From contig NZ_OMOH01000003.1 in assembly GCF_900289195.1 (NCBI RefSeq), positions 30,001-62,000 of the forward strand: a DNA stretch of 32,000 nucleotides. The letters are read 5' to 3'. The position numbers and the translations under genes are program-made. This document shows positions 24,932-32,000 of the stretch, one piece after another; the stretch's first letter is position 1, and each line of letters opens with the position of its first letter. The notes under the pieces were generated by a model. The model saw only the letters and a list, made by a program, of their open reading frames with translations, made no database searches and was not told where the DNA came from. Origin of the DNA: Propionibacterium ruminifibrarum (GTDB taxonomy: Bacteria > Actinomycetota > Actinomycetes > Propionibacteriales > Propionibacteriaceae).

Positions 24932-26017
24932 ATGGCACTGGCTGAGTCCCGCGTCACGACACGGCGTTCGCTGCCCGTCGGCATCTTCTCCGTGGTCGTC
25001 GCCGTCGTGCTCGTCGTCATCGCCATGGTCTGGTTCCGGTTCGGCACGCCGAGGACGTCCATCATCTGGCTCGTCATGGCCGTGCTCGAGATCGTCATCG
25101 CCATCCTCATGCTGCGGCCCATCACCTTCCATGTCGTCGTCGACGAGGACGGGGTGCGCAACGAGGGCCACTCGCCGTGGTCCATCGACCGGGCGAGCAT
25201 CGCGCACGGCGGCGTCATCGCCGCCAAACACCCGACCCTGTGGGTGCGGCCGGTGAAGGAGGCCGCGTTGAAACGCTCGCAGGGCTACACCGAGACCACC
25301 GTCGTCCCCGAACGAAGCTATCTCGCCCCGGTCAGGCGCTCGCAGGCCGAGAACCTCGCCCGCGCGCTCGCCTCGATCGGCCTTGAGGCCGGGCGCAAGG
25401 CGAGCCCGGACGAGATCAACACGATCGGTGCCTTCAAGTCCGGCGCCACCGCCATGAGCCTGACCGGCGTCGCGGCGCGGGCGGCCGCCGAATCCGATCC
25501 GGTCGGGCCCGCGCCGGACCGTGCCGCCGAGCCCGACGCCCCACGCCGCGAGTCCGAGGCGCAAGGCCAGGACGATCCCCGTTCCGACCGGGCCGAGGAG
25601 ACGAGGATTCTCGACGCCGAGGACGTCATCGAGGCCACCGAGCCCATCGGCTGGCCGCGGCTGACTCATCCCGGCGCGGACGCGGCCGCCGATGACGCCG
25701 TGCTCGGCACCCCCGAGCCCATCGGCTGGCCGGTCAACGCCCGCCGGGCCACGGCCGAGGAGGACGCCGCCTGGCTCTACGGCGACAAGGCCTCCAGCAC
25801 CGTCGTCACCACCGAGGAAACAGCCCCCCAGCGGGCATCCCGCGGAGTGGAGCAGACGGGGGACCGGGCCGATCCGGGTGGGGAACGGCCCCGCCGGGCC
25901 CGCCGTGCTGTCCCCGAGGACGACGAGGACGACCGGCCGACCCGCCCGATGCGCGCCATCACCGACGACATGACCTACGCACAGGCCCTCGGTATCGTCC
26001 AGGGGCCGTCCAGTTGA
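24932..26017 (+). CDS. hypothetical membrane protein: 2 TM helices, a PH-like domain and a long acidic/Pro/Ala-rich disordered tail
   Basis: ATG 24932 with GGAGG 9 nt upstream. TM segments: LPVGIFSVVVAVVLVVIAMVW and IIWLVMAVLEIVIAILML. Next comes ITFHVVVDEDGVRNEG..WSIDRASI, as in bacterial PH-like domains. The tail is low-complexity and carries EPIGWP twice. Confidence 0.7.
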   Translation: MALAESRVTTRRSLPVGIFSVVVAVVLVVIAMVWFRFGTPRTSIIWLVMAVLEIVIAILMLRPITFHVVVDEDGVRNEGHSPWSIDRASIAHGGVIAAKHPTLWVRPVKEAALKRSQGYTETTVVPERSYLAPVRRSQAENLARALASIGLEAGRKASPDEINTIGAFKSGATAMSLTGVAARAAAESDPVGPAPDRAAEPDAPRRESEAQGQDDPRSDRAEETRILDAEDVIEATEPIGWPRLTHPGADAAADDAVLGTPEPIGWPVNARRATAEEDAAWLYGDKASSTVVTTEETAPQRASRGVEQTGDRADPGGERPRRARRAVPEDDEDDRPTRPMRAITDDMTYAQALGIVQGPSS

Positions 26018-26039
26018 CCAACGGCACGAGAGGAGCTCC

Positions 26040-27545
26040 ATGGGAGCAGCGGATCTGACACTGCTCGTCGCTGCCGCCGTGGCGCTCGTGGCGATCGCCG
26101 CCGCCCGGCTGGGCACGCGCGCCGGCCTGCCGGCCCTGCTCCTGTTCCTGCTCGTCGGTGTCGTCCTGGGGAACGCCGGGTTCGGCATCCACTTCGACGA
26201 TGCCGCACTGGCGTACGACCTGGGCTTCATCGCGCTCGCCCTCATCCTCATCGAGGGCGGCCTCACGACGTCCTGGGACCAGATGAAACCCGTGCTCGGC
26301 ATCGGCCTGTCCCTGGCCATCGTCGGTTCACTGGTGACCATCGCCGTCGTCGGCCTGTTCGGATACTTCGTCCTGGGGCTGCCGCGCGCCGTCGCCTTCC
26401 TGCTCGGCGCCGTCGTGGCCCCCACCGACGCGGCGGCCGTCTTCTCCGTGCTCCGCGGGGTGTCGCTGCCGCCCAGGGTGCGCGCCGCCCTCGAGACGGA
26501 GTCCGGCTTCAACGACGCCCCGACCGTCCTGCTGGTCATCGCCGGCACCGACCTGGCGATGGGCCACTACCCGTCGGGCGGCATGCTCGGCCTGGCCGGG
26601 AAGGTCGCCGGCGAACTGGCCATCGGCGTCGTCGCCGGCCTGGTCATGGGTTGGATCGGCGTGCAGTGCCTGCGGCGGCTGTCGCTGTCGAACTCCGGTC
26701 TGTACCCGCTGGCCGTCATGTGCTGGGCCCTCGTCACCTACGGCCTGGGTGAACTCATCCACGGCTCCGCATTCGCCGCCGTCTACGTGTGCGCCGTCGT
26801 CCTGGGCAACGGGCAGCTGCCGCACCGGCATGCCACCAGATCCTTCGCCGAAGGCATCGGCTGGGTCGCCCAGATCGGCCTGTTCGTCATGCTCGGGCTG
26901 CTCGTCCACCCCTCGACGATCGACTGGCGCGACATCGGCGTCGGCCTCACCCTCGGTCTCGTCCTGACCTTCCTCGCCCGGCCCCTGGCCGTCTACGTCG
27001 GCACGGTCTGGTTCGGCGCCGGGTGGCGCCGGCAGGCCTTCATGAGCTGGGCGGGTCTGCGCGGCGCGATACCGATCATCCTGGCGACCGTCCCGCTGGC
27101 GGCGGGCATGCCCGGCTCGGACGTGCTGTTCGACATCGTCGTCGTCTTCGTCGTCATCTTCACCGCGCTCCAGGCGCCGACCCTGCCGTGGGTGGCCAAG
27201 CGGCTCGGTCTCGTCGACCCGCGCGCCGCCACCGACGTCGACATCGAGGTGGCCCCCTTCGACGAACGCCGAGCCGACCTGCTGGCCGTCAACATTCCCG
27301 AGGGCTCCCACCTGGCCGGCGTGCGGGTGCTCGAGCTGCGCCTGCCGCGCAATGCGATCGTCGCGCTCGTCATGCGCGGCGACGAGTCCTTCTCGCCCGA
27401 CGGCGACACGGCCCTCGAGACGGGCGACCAGATCCTCGTCGTCACGCCCGCCGACCAGCGGGCGAAGGTCGAGGCGAGGCTGCTCGCCGTCGGCCGACAC
27501 GGCAGGCTGGCCGGGTGGACGAGAAGGCCGCGGCCCTCCTCCTGA
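26040..27545 (+). CDS. K+/H+ (cation:proton) antiporter, CPA1 NhaP2/CvrA-like, with a C-terminal RCK_C/TrkA_C domain
   Basis: ATG 26040 with GAGAGGAG upstream, 22 nt after the preceding stop. About 12-13 TM helices. ESGFNDAPTV motif. The C-terminal soluble domain reads ...IPEGSHLAGVRVLELRLPRNAIVALVMRGDESFSPDGDTALETGDQILVV. Confidence 0.9.
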   Translation: MGAADLTLLVAAAVALVAIAAARLGTRAGLPALLLFLLVGVVLGNAGFGIHFDDAALAYDLGFIALALILIEGGLTTSWDQMKPVLGIGLSLAIVGSLVTIAVVGLFGYFVLGLPRAVAFLLGAVVAPTDAAAVFSVLRGVSLPPRVRAALETESGFNDAPTVLLVIAGTDLAMGHYPSGGMLGLAGKVAGELAIGVVAGLVMGWIGVQCLRRLSLSNSGLYPLAVMCWALVTYGLGELIHGSAFAAVYVCAVVLGNGQLPHRHATRSFAEGIGWVAQIGLFVMLGLLVHPSTIDWRDIGVGLTLGLVLTFLARPLAVYVGTVWFGAGWRRQAFMSWAGLRGAIPIILATVPLAAGMPGSDVLFDIVVVFVVIFTALQAPTLPWVAKRLGLVDPRAATDVDIEVAPFDERRADLLAVNIPEGSHLAGVRVLELRLPRNAIVALVMRGDESFSPDGDTALETGDQILVVTPADQRAKVEARLLAVGRHGRLAGWTRRPRPSS

Positions 27546-27550
27546 GGGTC

Positions 27551-27572
27551 TCGCGGGCGAGCGGACCCGCGA
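27551..27572. terminator. hairpin TCGCGGG-N8-CCCGCGA in a 43-bp convergent gap
   Basis: Perfect 7-bp stem between the antiporter stop (27545) and the LytR_C gene stop (27589). Confidence 0.4.
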
Positions 27573-27588
27573 CTGGCGCGGCGGTGGC

Positions 27589-28092
27589 TCAGGAACTGGC
27601 CGTGGCGCTGGTCTGCGCGACCGGCAGACAGACCCGGCCCGAGGGGACGTCGATGGTGGTGTCGGCGTCGGCGTTGAAGCCCTGCCCCAGGTCGTCGGTG
27701 AGGATGACGTCGACAAGGCCGTTCTGACGGTTGTCGGTGTCGATCACTGCGCCGGGGAAGAACGAGGCGACGAGCTGCACCTGCGGATCGTCTCCCGAGG
27801 CGCCGATGATGGTCGTGCCCGTGTAGTCGTCGTCATCGGTGTTGCCGGTGGTGTTGATGATGAAACCGACGTCCTCCATCTGGGAGGCGATCGTCGTGGC
27901 CTGGCCCTTGACGGTGCCGGCGTTGTAGACCCGCACCTGCACCTGGTCGGTGCGCAGGACCATCAGCGAGGTGGTCTCGCACACGCTCGTCGGCCCGAGC
28001 GGCCGGGTCACCATGCGCACGCCCCACCAGCCGGCGAAGATGACGAAGCCCAGCAGCACAACCAGGATCACGGGTGTGTACCACTTGCGCAT
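27589..28092 (-). CDS. LytR_C domain-containing membrane-anchored protein
   Basis: N-terminal TM helix (WYTPVILVVLLGFVIFAGWWG), then ...VQVRVYNAGTVKGQATTIASQMEDVGFII...TTIIGASGDDPQVQLVASFFPGA, typical of the LytR C-terminal domain. GAGAGAGG SD. Confidence 0.75.
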   Translation of the reverse strand: MRKWYTPVILVVLLGFVIFAGWWGVRMVTRPLGPTSVCETTSLMVLRTDQVQVRVYNAGTVKGQATTIASQMEDVGFIINTTGNTDDDDYTGTTIIGASGDDPQVQLVASFFPGAVIDTDNRQNGLVDVILTDDLGQGFNADADTTIDVPSGRVCLPVAQTSATASS

Positions 28093-28300
28093 GGGACTGC
28101 CTCTCTCACGCCACCACGTCTTGCGCCGCCACGGCGCATGCGCGCCTGCACCAGCTGCCTGCTGCGCGCATCTGTGGACCGACGACGCGCGGTGCAGTGC
28201 CTTGGTCGATCATAGACGCACCGGGGTCGGTAGTGCCTCAGGTCCCGCCCGGGGTTGAGCCTGGTCGGATGCGGGCCGGCTCCTGTTGATCGAACCGGAC

Positions 28301-28345
28301 CCACACCCCGGCGGATCGGCCCGCCTCCGGGCGGCTGCGGTGTGG
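28301..28345 (-). terminator. nested hairpin CCACACC...CCCGCC-tcc-GGGCGG...GGTGTGG downstream of the methyltransferase
   Basis: Outer 7-bp and inner 6-bp perfect stems, about 85 nt after the stop at 28431. There is no U-tract. Confidence 0.35.
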
Positions 28346-28430
28346 CCGTTCCTGCCGGCCACGCCGCTCACGCGGATACCGAGGTCACGGGGTCTGGCGC
28401 CTGCCCGGCGTTCCTCGACCACCGATGTCA

Positions 28431-29021
28431 CTAGCGCAGTGCCCGCCCCCGGATGACGGGGACGAGTCGGCCCACGAGACCGCCGGTGCGCAGCGTCTCG
28501 AGTTCAACGGACGCGAAACCCGCCCGACGGATGTGGGTGGCCGTGTCCCGGCACGGATCGCACCCGTGGTCCAGGCATCGGGTGAAGGGGCCGGCGAGTC
28601 CTTGCACGCGGCGGGCGGCCGTGCCGGGCGCGGCCGCGACGTGCTCGAAGAACACGAATCCGCCATGGGGGCGCAGCACCCGGTGGATCTCGGCCAGGGC
28701 ACGGTCCGGGTCGGCGACCGAGCACAGGGCGGTGGAGCAGATGACGGCGTCGATGCTGGCGTCCTCCAACGGGACCTGCTCGGCCGGGGCGTCGAGAATC
28801 CGGGAGTGGGGGCGGGAGCGAACGGCGGCGACCAGACGCCGCCGGGGCCTGGGCTCCAGGGCCAGCCACTGGACGTTCGGGTCGAGCGTCGCACCACAGA
28901 CCCCTGATCCCGCGCCGACGTCGAGCACCGTGCCCCGCAGGGCCGGAAGGACGCGGCTCCGCCACCGCCGCTGCTCCTCGGGGGCGGACAGCGGCGTGGT
29001 CACCGTGCGGGACGGGCTCAT
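28431..29021 (-). CDS. class I SAM-dependent methyltransferase
   Basis: ORF trimmed to ATG 29021 (MSPSRTV...). Motif I VLDVGAGSG, post-I LALEP, and the Methyltransf_11-like LRPHGGFVFFEH. The start is uncertain because there is no clear SD. Confidence 0.78.
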   Translation of the reverse strand: MSPSRTVTTPLSAPEEQRRWRSRVLPALRGTVLDVGAGSGVCGATLDPNVQWLALEPRPRRRLVAAVRSRPHSRILDAPAEQVPLEDASIDAVICSTALCSVADPDRALAEIHRVLRPHGGFVFFEHVAAAPGTAARRVQGLAGPFTRCLDHGCDPCRDTATHIRRAGFASVELETLRTGGLVGRLVPVIRGRALR

Positions 29022-29182
29022 GTTCTTGACGGTACCCGCGTCGCGCGCGTATCGGCCAGCTGCAGACCATTGACGAATCGGTCGGGCAGACGAAACCCGG
29101 GCCCGACAACGGGTCGGGTGCCGTGCTCTCGGAGGCGATCCCACTGCCCGGAGCGGATCGGGGCGCCACCGGTATCGCCCCG

Positions 29183-29219
29183 AATCGCCCGGCGATTTGC
29201 ATAGTGAAGGCTTGCCTGG
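29183..29219 (+). promoter_or_regulatory. candidate feoAB control region: palindrome AATCGCC-C-GGCGATT, then a DtxR/IdeR-box-like 19-mer
   Basis: The palindrome is at 29183-29197. ATAGTGAAGGCTTGCCTGG (29201-29219) matches 13 of 19 positions of TWAGGTWAGSCTWACCTWA by my count. It sits in the only AT-richer patch upstream of feoA. Confidence 0.25.
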
Positions 29220-29277
29220 AATTATCCTCGAAGTGACGCCCGCTCCCGGTGGGTACTCGTATGCGAGGAGGTCTGCA

Positions 29278-29559
29278 GTGTCAGCAGTCACGACGACCGA
29301 CCGGCGTCCCCGTCTGGACGGGGTCGTCCCGCTGACGGCGCTCGGCCCGGGCGACACCGGAACCATCTCGTACGTCGACCCGGACCTCGACCACTCGGTG
29401 CAGCACCGGTTGCGCCTGCTCGGCTTCTGCGAGGGCCGTGAGATCGCCTACGTGCGGCGTGCCTTCTGGGCCGGGCCCATTGTCTTCCGGGTCTGCGACG
29501 TGCACATGTGCCTCCGCGCCGAGCAGGCCGCCATGATTCACGTGCGGACGGGCGCCTGA
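29278..29559 (+). CDS. feoA: ferrous iron transport protein A (FeoA)
   Basis: GTG 29278 with GAGGAGG 6 nt upstream. A small SH3-like FeoA sequence (LTALGPGDTGTISYVD...RLRLLGFCEGREIAYVRRAFWAGPIVFRVCDVHMCLRAEQAAMIHV), directly upstream of feoB. Confidence 0.85.
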   Translation: MSAVTTTDRRPRLDGVVPLTALGPGDTGTISYVDPDLDHSVQHRLRLLGFCEGREIAYVRRAFWAGPIVFRVCDVHMCLRAEQAAMIHVRTGA

Positions 29560-29601
29560 CCGCCCTCCCCGCCACGACTCAACCCTGCAGGATGATCGCC
29601 C

Positions 29602-31563
29602 ATGTCCTCAGCCCTCAGCCACCACGCGCACGCCGGCTCGGCCGATTCCGGCGGTGGGAGCCCCCGCATCGCCCTCATCGGTTCGCCGAACGGCGGCAAG
29701 ACCTCGGTCTTCAATCGGCTCACCGGCCTGCACGCCAAGACCGGCAACTACCCGGGGGTCACCGTCTCGCGGTCGGCCGGCGTGGCCCGCATCGGTGGCG
29801 CCGAGTACAGCATCGAGGACCTGCCCGGCACCTACTCGCTCAGCCCGATCTCGCCCGATGAGCGGCTCGTCGCCGAGCTGCTGGACGGCGGGGTCAAGGG
29901 CATCGGCGCGCCCGACGGCCTGCTCGTCGTGGCGGACTCCACTGCCCTGCGCCGCTCCCTGCTCCTGTTCGCCGAGGTCGTGCAGCGGCACATGCCCACC
30001 GCACTCGTCCTCACCATGAGCGACGAGCTGACCCGCCGCGGCGGGTCGATCGACACCGAGGCGCTGGGCCGGGCCCTCGGCGTGCCGGTCGTGACCGTCG
30101 TGGCCAACCGGGGCATCGGGATCGGTGAGCTGCGCGAACTCATCACCGGCTGGCGCGACTGGTCGGTGCCGCCGGTCGACCCGCCCACCGACACCGCCGA
30201 ACTGGCCGGCTGGGTCGATTCCGTGCTCGCCGCCGGCGGCTACGAGGATCCGCGCGCGGACGCGCGCACCGAGCGCATCGACCGCGTGCTGCTGCACCCG
30301 GTGCTCGGCACGGTCATCTTCTTCGCCGTCATGTTCGGCTTCTTCCAGGCGATCTTCACCTGGGCGGCACCCCTGCAGGACGGGGTCGAGGACTTCTTCG
30401 GCTGGCTGGCCGGGCTGGCCGCAGAGCACATCGGGAACCCGCTGCTGTCCTCGTTCGTCTCGGACGGCCTGCTCGGCGGGGTCGGCGGCGTGCTCGTCTT
30501 CGTGCCCCAGATCGTCATGATGTACTTCATCCTCGCCCTGCTCGACGCGGTGGGCTACATGTCCCGGGCCGCCTTCCTCATGGACCGCCTCATGAGCCGC
30601 TTCGGGCTCGAGGGCCGCGCCTTCGTCGCCGTGCTGTCGAGCTTCGCCTGCGCCATCCCCGGCGTCATGGCCACCCGCACCCTGCCGAACAGCCGCGACC
30701 GCATCGCCACGATGCTCGGCGTGCCGCTGGCCACCTGCTCGGCCCGGCTGCCCGTGTACATCCTGCTCGTGGGCATCCTCATCCCCGACGGCACCCGGGT
30801 CGGCCCGTTCAGCGGCCGCGGCGTGGCCATGTTCCTGCTCTACCTGCTCGGCGGCGTCTCGGCCCTCACCGCGTCGGCCGTCGTCAAACGCATCACCGGC
30901 CGGCACGACGGGGTCCTGCCGTTCTACATGGAGATGCCGCCCTACCGCATCCCCACCCCCCGCTCGGTCGGCATCGCCATGTGGGAGCCGACCAAGGCCT
31001 TCCTCCGCAAGGCCGGCACGATCATCCTCGCCACGACGATCGCCATCTGGGCGCTCACGACGATTCCGCTCCGCGGCGACGCGGAGCTGGCGGCAGCCGG
31101 GGTCGACCCCGGCGACGAGGTGGCCGTCACCGCCTACACGATGGAGCACTCGGCCGCCGCGGCCATCGGCAAGGCGATCGAACCCGTCTTCGAACCGCTC
31201 GGCTTCGACTGGCGCATCGACGTGGCCCTGCTCGGCTCACTGGCCGCCCGCGAGGTGTCCGTCTCCACTCTCGGGCAGATGGCCTCGGCCCTCGACCCGG
31301 AGGACGACAGCGAGGTGGCGCAGGGCCTCGACGGCTGGACCTACACCGACGGCCCGCGCGCCGGCGAGAAGGTGTTCACCCCGGCCACGACCGTCGCCCT
31401 TCTCCTCTTCTTCGCCTTCGCCCTGCAGTGCATGTCCACCGTGGCGATCATGCGACGCGAGACGGGGGGCTGGAGATGGCCCAGTATCGCCTTCGGCTAC
31501 ATGTTCGTCCTCGCCTGGGTGATGGCCTTCCTCGGACGTGCCGTCACCCTGCTCATCACCTGA
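29602..31563 (+). CDS. feoB: ferrous iron transporter FeoB (N-terminal G-domain plus membrane domain)
   Basis: G1 GSPNGGKTSVFNRLTG, G2/G3 NYPGVTV...DLPGTYSL, then gate-motif membrane repeats. 653 aa. Confidence 0.95.
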   Translation: MSSALSHHAHAGSADSGGGSPRIALIGSPNGGKTSVFNRLTGLHAKTGNYPGVTVSRSAGVARIGGAEYSIEDLPGTYSLSPISPDERLVAELLDGGVKGIGAPDGLLVVADSTALRRSLLLFAEVVQRHMPTALVLTMSDELTRRGGSIDTEALGRALGVPVVTVVANRGIGIGELRELITGWRDWSVPPVDPPTDTAELAGWVDSVLAAGGYEDPRADARTERIDRVLLHPVLGTVIFFAVMFGFFQAIFTWAAPLQDGVEDFFGWLAGLAAEHIGNPLLSSFVSDGLLGGVGGVLVFVPQIVMMYFILALLDAVGYMSRAAFLMDRLMSRFGLEGRAFVAVLSSFACAIPGVMATRTLPNSRDRIATMLGVPLATCSARLPVYILLVGILIPDGTRVGPFSGRGVAMFLLYLLGGVSALTASAVVKRITGRHDGVLPFYMEMPPYRIPTPRSVGIAMWEPTKAFLRKAGTIILATTIAIWALTTIPLRGDAELAAAGVDPGDEVAVTAYTMEHSAAAAIGKAIEPVFEPLGFDWRIDVALLGSLAAREVSVSTLGQMASALDPEDDSEVAQGLDGWTYTDGPRAGEKVFTPATTVALLLFFAFALQCMSTVAIMRRETGGWRWPSIAFGYMFVLAWVMAFLGRAVTLLIT

Positions 31564-31573
31564 GGGGCGCGGT

Positions 31574-32000
31574 ATGCGAGCCATCAGGGACCATCTGCGC
31601 CGCGTCTCCCGGCCTGCGGACGCCCGGCCGGGACGCCGGCCGCCCGGGGCCGTCACCCACCCCGAGCGCACCGACGATCCCGCCGTGCTGCGCTGGGTGG
31701 TCCACGGGACCGAGCTGCCCTTCACCGGCCCGCTGGCCTCGGCGCCCGGGCTCGACGGGCTGCTGGGCGGTGACCTCGAGGCCGTCACCGTCACCCCGGG
31801 CGCCGTGCTCACCACGGCAGCCCCGGGCCGCTCCTGGCGTGAACTCGGCCCGCGGGTCCGCGCCGCGCTCGGGACGGCCCTGGGCTCGGTCGCCGACTGG
31901 CTCCCCGGCCCGGGCGCGCGGCGGCTGGACGCCGACGAGACCCTGCGGTGGTGCGCCCGCGAACTCATCGACGGCCCGGTCGGCCGGATCGCCACCGCCC
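31574..32000 (+). CDS. hypothetical protein, NifU/Nfu-like by pattern; 3' end beyond the right edge
   Basis: Absent from the track because it runs off the edge. ATG 31574 is 11 nt after the feoB stop. GC3 is high in this frame. The sequence MRAIRDHLRR...PAVLRWVVHGTELPFTG...VTVTPGAVLTTAAPGRSWRELGPRVRAALGTAL...ETLRWCARELIDGPVGRIATA resembles an Nfu_N domain followed by a NifU C-terminal layout. The antisense ORF 31237..31995 is rejected. Confidence 0.5.
   Translation, partial: MRAIRDHLRRVSRPADARPGRRPPGAVTHPERTDDPAVLRWVVHGTELPFTGPLASAPGLDGLLGGDLEAVTVTPGAVLTTAAPGRSWRELGPRVRAALGTALGSVADWLPGPGARRLDADETLRWCARELIDGPVGRIATA

Overview
This is a high-GC (roughly 70%) actinobacterial chromosomal segment, densely coded. 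It reads as conserved core genome rather than an island.

Genes, left to right:
- PTS EIIBC (partial, minus strand, missed by the ORF track because it runs off the left edge)
- tpx, a CobB/Sir2 deacylase, and a long-form argG
- a quinone oxidoreductase, then tRNA-Ser(UGA)
- an LCP (LytR-CpsA-Psr) envelope protein
- tRNA-Ser(GCU), a small membrane ORF, tRNA-Arg(ACG)
- an APC amino-acid permease
- a ManD-family enolase-superfamily dehydratase and a divergent SDR
- an adenine/adenosine deaminase translationally coupled to an AroE-like dehydrogenase
- a beta-propeller lactonase
- a four-gene minus-strand module: HisKA_3 kinase, NarL-type regulator, ABC ATPase and double-FtsX permease
- upp
- the actinobacterial TadA-associated acidic protein, tadA and tRNA-Ser(CGA)
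- a 2-TM/PH-like disordered protein with a K+/H+ antiporter
- a LytR_C protein and a SAM methyltransferase
- feoA, feoB and a partial NifU/Nfu-like ORF

Most long ORFs in the track that lie antisense to these genes are high-GC shadow ORFs. I found no CRISPR array, transposase, integrase, phage gene or recognisable defence gene, and I cannot point to a convincing novel multi-gene system.

The leads worth a second look are small-scale:
- a cluster of four near-perfect GC-rich hairpins in one convergent gap
- a structured 365-nt leader with an SD-sequestering hairpin in front of the ABC genes
- an argG promoter that looks leaderless, with a perfect inverted repeat in its spacer
- an orphan SD-bearing ORF in a 466-bp gap next to tRNA-Ser(CGA)
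- the uncharacterised membrane/IDR protein that appears co-operonic with the K+/H+ antiporter and carries an 18-nt perfect internal repeat
- the hyper-acidic TadA-associated protein
- candidate operators upstream of feoAB

All family assignments come from motif recognition by eye; no database search was run.
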